Part shown: one piece after another, positions 58,801 to 64,000 of the stretch | Numbering within the stretch: position 1 is the stretch's first letter | How the letters are laid out: each line of letters opens with the position of its first letter | The notes under the pieces: model-generated | Seen by the model: only the letters and a program-made list of their open reading frames with translations | What the model was told of the DNA's origin: nothing | Databases searched by the model: none | Source of the DNA: Laspinema olomoucense D3b | GTDB taxonomy: Bacteria > Cyanobacteriota > Cyanobacteriia > Cyanobacteriales > Laspinemataceae | DNA: 64,000 nucleotides | Assembly (NCBI RefSeq): GCF_025370785.1 | Contig: NZ_JAMXFA010000001.1 | Span: forward strand, 171,902 to 235,901 | Direction: 5' to 3' | Made by a program: the position numbers and the translations under genes

Positions 58801-61800
58801 GTTAAACGACCAGTTACCGAAATGAGCGATGCGTTGGGCTTCGAGTAAAGCATTTTGGCTATGGCGGAGTTTTTCTTCCACTAATTTGCGATCGCTAACA
58901 TCTAAAATAATGCCATGCCAGACTATATCCCCATTTTCTCGTTGCTCGGGTTGCGAGTTTCCTTGCACCCATTTCAGTTGTCCCGAAGGTGTAATCACTC
59001 GCCATTCATATTTAAACACTTTTAAGGTTTCGAGGGAGGATTGAATTGCTTCAAAATATCCCGCCTTATCTTCCGGATGAATCGACTTAATAATAGCCGC
59101 TTCAACATTTTCAAAAACCTGCTTTAAGGGAATTTCTAAAATTTCTTCAATGGCCTGATTAATGTATTCAAATTCCAGGGACCCATCGGGGTGTTGAACC
59201 AGAGAATAAATGTTACCCGGTACAGCCCTTGCCAGGTTTTGGAGGCGATTTAAAGTAATTTTTAAGATTTCTTCAGACTGCTTGCGATCGGTCATATCAA
59301 TGGACATTCCGATCATGCGATTGGAAGTTCCGGTGGCATCGGTGACCACCTTAGCATGGTCCTGAATCCACCGCCATCCCCGAGAAGTGGGGGGAAAACT
59401 AATTCGATATTCTGTTTTAAACCCTCCGCTTTGGCAAATTGCTGCTTTATTTAAACATTGCAATTCTTCTCGATCTTCAGGATGAACCAAGGCGAGGTAT
59501 TCTTCATAGGACATCACTTGAGGAACTGAATCACTACTTGTAGCTGAGAAGACGATCTGATTGGTGGTGAGGTTTCGTTCCCAAGCAATGGTATTGGAAA
59601 CTTCTAAAGCTAACCGTAATCGCGATTCACTGTCTCGGAAAGCCGCCTGAGCTTCTTGGCTTTGCTGATAGAGATTTGCTTGATGAATCGCGATGCCCAA
59701 GGGTTCCACGACTCGACGAGCCAGTTCGATTTCTTCCTTCTGCCAAGGGAGGTATTTTGGACTCCATAAACTCAGGGAACCCCAGATCGTGCCGTTCACG
59801 GCGAGGGGAACTAATAGCCAAGCCCCTTGGCGATCGCGGGCCACTTCTTCATTAATCGGGTCGTCAATGGTATTGGTATCCACCACCACCACTTGCAGTT
59901 GTTTGAGTTGTGCTGCAAACGGATTGCCTTCATCGGGGATATCTTCAGCGACTTCTTCCGGTAATTCCGACTCTGGATTATAGGAATATAAATGAGTCCA
60001 GACCCCCTGTTCCGGGAGATAACGCACGATAGAAGCGCGCTCAAAATCCACCAGTTTGGCAATCCCGGTGGTGGCGGTGGAGAAGATGGTACTTAAATCC
60101 AGGGATTGATGGATCGCTTGAATCACCTGGTTTAAGAGGTGTTCCTGCTGGGTTTTTCGTGCTAGGGCCTGTTCAGCTTGTTTGCGGGTGGTGATGTCAG
60201 TCACCATTGCCAAACTCCCCATATACTCTCCCCCTTCATTAAAAATGGGCGCTGCTGAGAGCAGGGTCCAAAGGGGTGAGCCATTTTTGCCGTAAAACAG
60301 GAAGTCATGCTGTTCGAGGATTCCTTGTTTACGCTGTTCTAATTTTTCTCGGGCCTCTTGTTTTCCGCCTTCATCCATAAAATCAAGGAGGGATTTTCCT
60401 AGCATTTCTTCCGGGGTATATCCGAGGAGCTCAGCCATTTTGGGGTTGACAAAATTCGTACAGTCTTGGGCATCAATGCTCCAAATTCCCTCATTGGCGG
60501 TTTCCACAATCCGGCGATATTGTTCTTCACTCTGTTTGAGGGCTGCTTCTGTTTGTTTGCGATCGGTAATATCAACGGTGACTTGAGTGACAAACCAGCA
60601 ATTCTCATGGGGTGCAAACCGGGAGGTATATCGGGTAGATAAGTAGCGAATACTACCGCATTTGTGCTGGAATCGATACTCAAAACTGCTGGTTTTTTCT
60701 TGAAGAATCTGCCCAAATAAAGGTAAAATAACGTTTTCTAGATCCTCGGGGACGATTCGACCCATCCAAATGGATTTATCTTGCAAAAAGTCTTGGGGGG
60801 TATAGCCGAAGACGGTTTCACACCCGGCAGATAAATAATCAATATCCCAGTCTTGATTATTTAAGATTTTAGTTCGCACGATCGCGGCGATCGAACTATT
60901 GAGAATATCATTTAACTTTTGTTCAGAGGCGGCGAGTGCAAGTTCCAGCGCTTTGCGAGAGGTGATGTCTTCCCCAAACCCGATGAAGCGATCGGGCTTC
61001 CCCGCTTCATCCTTCAGAAGGTTAATTTGAGCAAAAATCCAGCGAATTTCCCCATCGGGTCGCCGAATCCGATATTCTCTTTGCAGCGGCTTTCCAGTAA
61101 ATTGTTCAGCGACAGAGGCTTCCACCAAAGCACGGTCTTCTGGATAAATTGCTTCCATCCAGGAATTATAATCTTGATACAAACTTTCACGGCTTCGTCC
61201 CCAGATTTCTTCATAAGCCGGACTAATATAAATGAATTCTCCCGTAGTTGCCGATCGCACGAAAAACATCTGTCCAATCGTCTGGACAATCTCCCGAAAT
61301 CGTTCTTCACTTTTCCTTAGGGCTATCTCAATCGCTTTGCGTTCACCAATATCTTTCAGCATAGAAAGAATAACTGGCTCTCCATCCAGTTGGATGACTT
61401 CACAAGAAACCAGGGAAATTTTAATCTCTCCAGATTTCGCCCGCCAGTGCAATTCCTGATTTTTAACTACCCCGGTTTCCTTCAGTTGTTGCCGGATGAT
61501 ATCAGCTTCCTCGGGCTTAACAATTAGATTGATGTCTTTCGTGGAACGATTGATAATTTCGTCATATTGATAGCCCGATAATTCTAAAAAAGCATTATTA
61601 ACATCCAGGAAGTGTCTACTTTGGACATGGGTAATCATAATCATATCGGGACTATGACGAAAAATGGTGGCATATCGGGCTTCAGACTCCCGCAAATTGC
61701 TCTGGAGACGCGCAAAAGCTTCCCGCAATTGTGCCGACATTTGATTGAACGATCGCGCCATCCCTGCTAGTTCTTGAATGGGTAAATTTTCATCCAGATT

Positions 61801-62991
61801 TCGCTCTAAATCCCCATGTGCTAAGGCGGCAGCAGTTTGGCTGAGAATCACCAGGGGACGGACAATGCCCTGAGTCAACCAGGTCCCGAGGGCCACTGCC
61901 ACCATGACCCCTAAGACTCCTAACCCCATGCTCTGTTTAAAGGATTCCTGCAACGGTCCCATTAAATCCACTTCCGGGACCACCGTTACAATCTGCCAAT
62001 TCAGCCCATTTTCTGTATTTTTATAGGGCAGGCTATGAGCAAAATAACCTTGACCTCGCTGCCTAAAATGCCACTTGTGGAGAGAATTTTTTTGACTTTC
62101 TTTCGGAAAATTTGAAAGAAAAAAATCACTGCTAGAGCGCACCAAAGGATGAGAACTTTCCTTCGCCCATTTCCGATGAATACCTCCCGGATGACTTTTA
62201 ATAAGAGGGGATTCCCCGGTGGAACTCGCAATTAATTTTCCATCGGGTTCTATGATGAAAATAACCCCCGACTCTCCTAATTTAATTTCTTGTAAAAACT
62301 GATTAACATGGCTCAGGGGTAAATTAATCCCAAAAACTCCCGCCACGGTTTGAGTAATCGGGTCCCTAATTGGCCAACTCGCATTAATCGCTAACTCTTG
62401 GTTATCCCATCGTTGAAAGGTAGGAGTCCAGATAGGCCCTTGTTGCTGTTTAGCAGCGAGATACCAGGGACGTTCTCGAACATTCCAATCCGATGGCAGA
62501 ATTTTGGTGTCTTTCGGCTCTAGGCTAGGTTGTCCGTTAGAATCAATTCTGTATTGATTAAGAGTCTGACCCTGGCGATGATTAATCACCCCCAAAGTCC
62601 TCTCACCATCAATATTACTGGCAATTCTGAAATCCCCTTGTTCATTCGCATAGAGAATATAGGGAATCTGATTGAAGCTGAAAATTTCCCAAATTAACTG
62701 GCGTTCTATTTCATCTAAATTCTGCGGGTCTAGGCGGTCAAATTCAACAGCCTTAATATTACTGCGGTTAATCTGTTCGGCTAGAGAGATATAGTTATCC
62801 AGGTACAAATCCACCCGGGCCCCGGCTTTTGCCATTAACTGGTGGGCAATCAGACTGAGCGCCTGATCACTGCGATGCAAAAAAAGGGAATTGGTCAGTC
62901 CTACGGTAAAGACTAACAGCAGGACAAGCGGTACATTTAAGAGGACTTGCAGGGGAATTCTTAATTGATATCTTGAAAAGATAGCTCCCAT
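55822..62991 (-). CDS. Giant multi-sensor hybrid histidine kinase: 2389 aa, periplasmic Cache-like sensor, HAMP, about 10 PAS/PAC plus GAF, HisKA-HATPase-REC, C-terminal tail
   Basis: A TM segment is followed by a ~300 aa extracytoplasmic region, a second TM and HAMP. A long array of PAS/PAC units (recurring PAYEEIWG, DITDRKQAE, ITERKQAE-type PAC ends) is followed by a GAF. H-box ANMSHEIRTPMNAI. HATPase (FNVVGNALKFT, DTGIGI, GGTGLGL). Receiver (ILIVDDVPSN...LILLDLWMP). Confidence 0.9.
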   Translation of the reverse strand: MGAIFSRYQLRIPLQVLLNVPLVLLLVFTVGLTNSLFLHRSDQALSLIAHQLMAKAGARVDLYLDNYISLAEQINRSNIKAVEFDRLDPQNLDEIERQLIWEIFSFNQIPYILYANEQGDFRIASNIDGERTLGVINHRQGQTLNQYRIDSNGQPSLEPKDTKILPSDWNVRERPWYLAAKQQQGPIWTPTFQRWDNQELAINASWPIRDPITQTVAGVFGINLPLSHVNQFLQEIKLGESGVIFIIEPDGKLIASSTGESPLIKSHPGGIHRKWAKESSHPLVRSSSDFFLSNFPKESQKNSLHKWHFRQRGQGYFAHSLPYKNTENGLNWQIVTVVPEVDLMGPLQESFKQSMGLGVLGVMVAVALGTWLTQGIVRPLVILSQTAAALAHGDLERNLDENLPIQELAGMARSFNQMSAQLREAFARLQSNLRESEARYATIFRHSPDMIMITHVQSRHFLDVNNAFLELSGYQYDEIINRSTKDINLIVKPEEADIIRQQLKETGVVKNQELHWRAKSGEIKISLVSCEVIQLDGEPVILSMLKDIGERKAIEIALRKSEERFREIVQTIGQMFFVRSATTGEFIYISPAYEEIWGRSRESLYQDYNSWMEAIYPEDRALVEASVAEQFTGKPLQREYRIRRPDGEIRWIFAQINLLKDEAGKPDRFIGFGEDITSRKALELALAASEQKLNDILNSSIAAIVRTKILNNQDWDIDYLSAGCETVFGYTPQDFLQDKSIWMGRIVPEDLENVILPLFGQILQEKTSSFEYRFQHKCGSIRYLSTRYTSRFAPHENCWFVTQVTVDITDRKQTEAALKQSEEQYRRIVETANEGIWSIDAQDCTNFVNPKMAELLGYTPEEMLGKSLLDFMDEGGKQEAREKLEQRKQGILEQHDFLFYGKNGSPLWTLLSAAPIFNEGGEYMGSLAMVTDITTRKQAEQALARKTQQEHLLNQVIQAIHQSLDLSTIFSTATTGIAKLVDFERASIVRYLPEQGVWTHLYSYNPESELPEEVAEDIPDEGNPFAAQLKQLQVVVVDTNTIDDPINEEVARDRQGAWLLVPLAVNGTIWGSLSLWSPKYLPWQKEEIELARRVVEPLGIAIHQANLYQQSQEAQAAFRDSESRLRLALEVSNTIAWERNLTTNQIVFSATSSDSVPQVMSYEEYLALVHPEDREELQCLNKAAICQSGGFKTEYRISFPPTSRGWRWIQDHAKVVTDATGTSNRMIGMSIDMTDRKQSEEILKITLNRLQNLARAVPGNIYSLVQHPDGSLEFEYINQAIEEILEIPLKQVFENVEAAIIKSIHPEDKAGYFEAIQSSLETLKVFKYEWRVITPSGQLKWVQGNSQPEQRENGDIVWHGIILDVSDRKLVEEKLRHSQNALLEAQRIAHFGNWSFNLLTKKLLGSEEAFRIFGFESPFIEPTYRDFLERIHPQDLPKFPGNFNELLAQEFPQEHEFRVLLPDGTVRYILGKGQPIFNESGERVELFGTVQDITQAKLAEQELRESEEKFRQLAENIQEVFFILSQSGEMIYISPAYEEIWGRTCQSLYQNPRDWLQSVHPEEREHIQRRLMRQISEGTDFEEIYRIVQPQGEIRWVRARSFPIQNPSGESYRFVGIAEDITDRKQAEEAVQESESTLRSFFNSASMLMGIIELYPEDILHLADNLASAQFFGTTTEAMKNHFATEMGVSKVALEMWLSHYRTAERTGKPVKFEYNHLTPGGEKWLSASVCPIFGIMSAHPRFSYIVEDITDRKQAEFALQERERILRTLGDNLDKGLIYQLVREPDGRYHFTYISAGIKRLIGIDPEAIIADSSLLHSRVFPEDQPLNAQLTEESFKNVSPFQMQMRKYNQDGKIQWSQLRSVPRRMQDGRTIWDGIEMDITELKQIEEELQQAKEKAEAANQAKSEFLANMSHEIRTPMNAILGFCELLKGMMNEPQQQSYLQTIATSGQTLLALINDILDLSKIESGKLELNYEPVLIRPLVGDIQQIFSQKAEAKGLGIFINISETVPEGIVFDEVRLRQILFNVVGNALKFTEMGSVTIHVNANLSRTSEPFHVCLELAVSDTGIGIPSHRQEQIFEAFIQNDGKTTRKYGGTGLGLAITKRLTEMLGGTIHLKSELHHGSTFTFVFPDVEIARTEIGNIESAPVDENLEQFQPGTILIVDDVPSNLDLIAGYFGKTKHQLLFARDGREAIEQAIASQPDLILLDLWMPELNGIEVAQFLKNNPETQSIPIVVLTASSRSSDEALVKSLCEGFLRKPLRRSQLVSLLKSILPREEGEKTLTVCSPIESRLDNENPVSVEVLGKLPALLEQLRQEEETTWPMLSQTMKRRDLRNFSDRLHAWALEYQCQALLAYATTLQSQIAAFDWERLPKTLENFPEVRRSLL

Positions 62992-63716
62992 AGCCAGTTA
63001 GAGAACACTAAAGAACTCAAGAAGAAACATGAACGGAGAAAATTTGCTCACCTGGTCAACCCACCGGGTTAATTTTTTTAGTCCTCAAGAAATCATCCCT
63101 GATTAAGCAGGGATTGGGCCCTTGATGAGCTTCACAGTTGCCCTACTGCACTGAAGCTGTCTAAATCCCTTTCCCCTGAACTGTTCATCGGCATGATCTT
63201 AGGATTCAATATGAACCCGTAGGTGGTTGATTTTTCTCTCACCCCCCTAGAAATCATGATTCCGATTCTACTTCTGTCATTTAGTTTACCCGATTTTTAT
63301 TCGTAATAGTCTAAAATCGCCTAAGATAGTTAATAACTACATGGAGATAGGAGTCTAAAAGTGCCTAAAGAGCAGGATAAGGATACCCAAACTCAGAGCG
63401 TTCCGGATAGCACGAACCCGGGCAGCCAAATTACTAAATTAGCCCCGGGCCCTCAGGGTCGTCCGATCGCCGCAAATAATAACCCCACGAAGGAATCGGA
63501 GTTAATGGGTTATCTGGATTAGGCTATGAAAAATGCTCATCAATTGGTGAGTCAATGGGCATCATTCACCCTTTCACCGTGAGGATCGAGCAGGTCACGA
63601 CGCCTATATTCCCGCCCTTGTGGGGGTGGGAACGGGGGCGTTCTTCCGGTTTTTCTGGGATTGGGTATCCCGACTATCCGATGGATGGAGGTGCAGTCTC
63701 TTTAACCGGCTTGAGT

Positions 63717-64000
63717 TCAAGCTTTAAAGGGTTTAATGGCAAAATCTCTTAGGGTCACTGTATAGCTAGAACGCGCCTGGGCGATCGCAAACTCAATGAT
63801 CACCTCACAAGCGACTGCCACGGTAAGCATGACTAAATTTCTCGCCAAGGGATAATCACAAATATCATCGAGAACTGGGGAAGGAATCCGATACACTTCG
63901 TTCCAAATGATTTCTGCATAATCTGTCGCGAGTCCTACATGAAGACAGGGAATTGCCTGAGTGGCACAGCAATCCGCTACCGCTTTTCGAGACCCACTAT
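63717..64000 (-). CDS. Partial CDS running off the window end (hypothetical, C-terminal 93 aa)
   Basis: An open minus-strand frame from the window edge to the TGA at 63717-63719 (...LDDICDYPLARNLVMLTVAVACEVIIEFAIAQARSSYTVTLRDFAIKPFKA). No start is in the window, so it is absent from the ORF track. Confidence 0.3.
   Translation of the reverse strand, partial: SGSRKAVADCCATQAIPCLHVGLATDYAEIIWNEVYRIPSPVLDDICDYPLARNLVMLTVAVACEVIIEFAIAQARSSYTVTLRDFAIKPFKA

Noticed and set aside
63085-63115. Perfect hairpin atccctgattaagcagggat preceded by a T-run, considered as a terminator
   Set aside because: The T-run precedes rather than follows the stem on the plus strand. On the minus strand the hairpin lies upstream of the giant kinase start, not after a gene end. 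It does not fit a rho-independent terminator in either orientation, and is more likely a promoter-region structure or coincidence.

Overview
This window is a cyanobacterial chromosomal segment. It is saturated with the HIP1 octamer GCGATCGC, has roughly 50% GC, and carries many cyanobacteria-specific families (DUF4278, pentapeptide repeat, NtcA-type promoter). No rRNA, tRNA or CRISPR was found.

Gene content, left to right:
- The 3' part of a nitrate/bicarbonate-type ABC transporter operon, nrtA-nrtB-nrtC on the minus strand, with a GTAN8TAC NtcA site upstream.
- A decayed histidine-kinase pseudogene abutting a small dispersed repeat.
- An RND efflux pair: lipoprotein membrane-fusion adaptor plus AcrB-like pump.
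- Pirin, an HxlR regulator and a CBS-PAS-GAF-GGDEF diguanylate cyclase.
- A RarA/MgsA AAA ATPase carrying an unusual ~300 aa C-terminal extension.
- A ~15 kb, ten-gene, same-strand Wzx/Wzy-dependent exopolysaccharide locus: 2x GT1, wzc, wzy, GT2, a secreted Gly-rich protein, GT1, GT2, wzx, and a ParB/Srx-like unknown protein.
- A 2.1 kb ORF-free region upstream of that locus.
- A metallophosphoesterase, a DsbA-like protein and a Mn-catalase.
- A Crp-family regulator, an M61 peptidase with a PDZ domain, a TerB-like protein and quinolinate synthase NadA.
- Several cyanobacterial hypothetical proteins, a TPR protein and a pentapeptide-repeat protein.
- A membrane protein followed by an enterobacterial-like cytosine deaminase (codA).
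- Two adjacent hybrid sensor kinases, one of them 2389 aa.

The most notable non-genic signal is a MITE-like dispersed repeat of about 110-150 bp. It has ATACCAAATCCGGTT/AACCGGATTTGGTAT terminal inverted repeats, a GTCTATAAAAACCCGCACCC core and an AAGCCCGCCTGCGCGGGCT hairpin. At least five copies plus a solo end lie in intergenic regions in both orientations, and one abuts the decayed kinase gene. There are also two short tandem-repeat tracts, with a 9-mer and a 13-mer unit.
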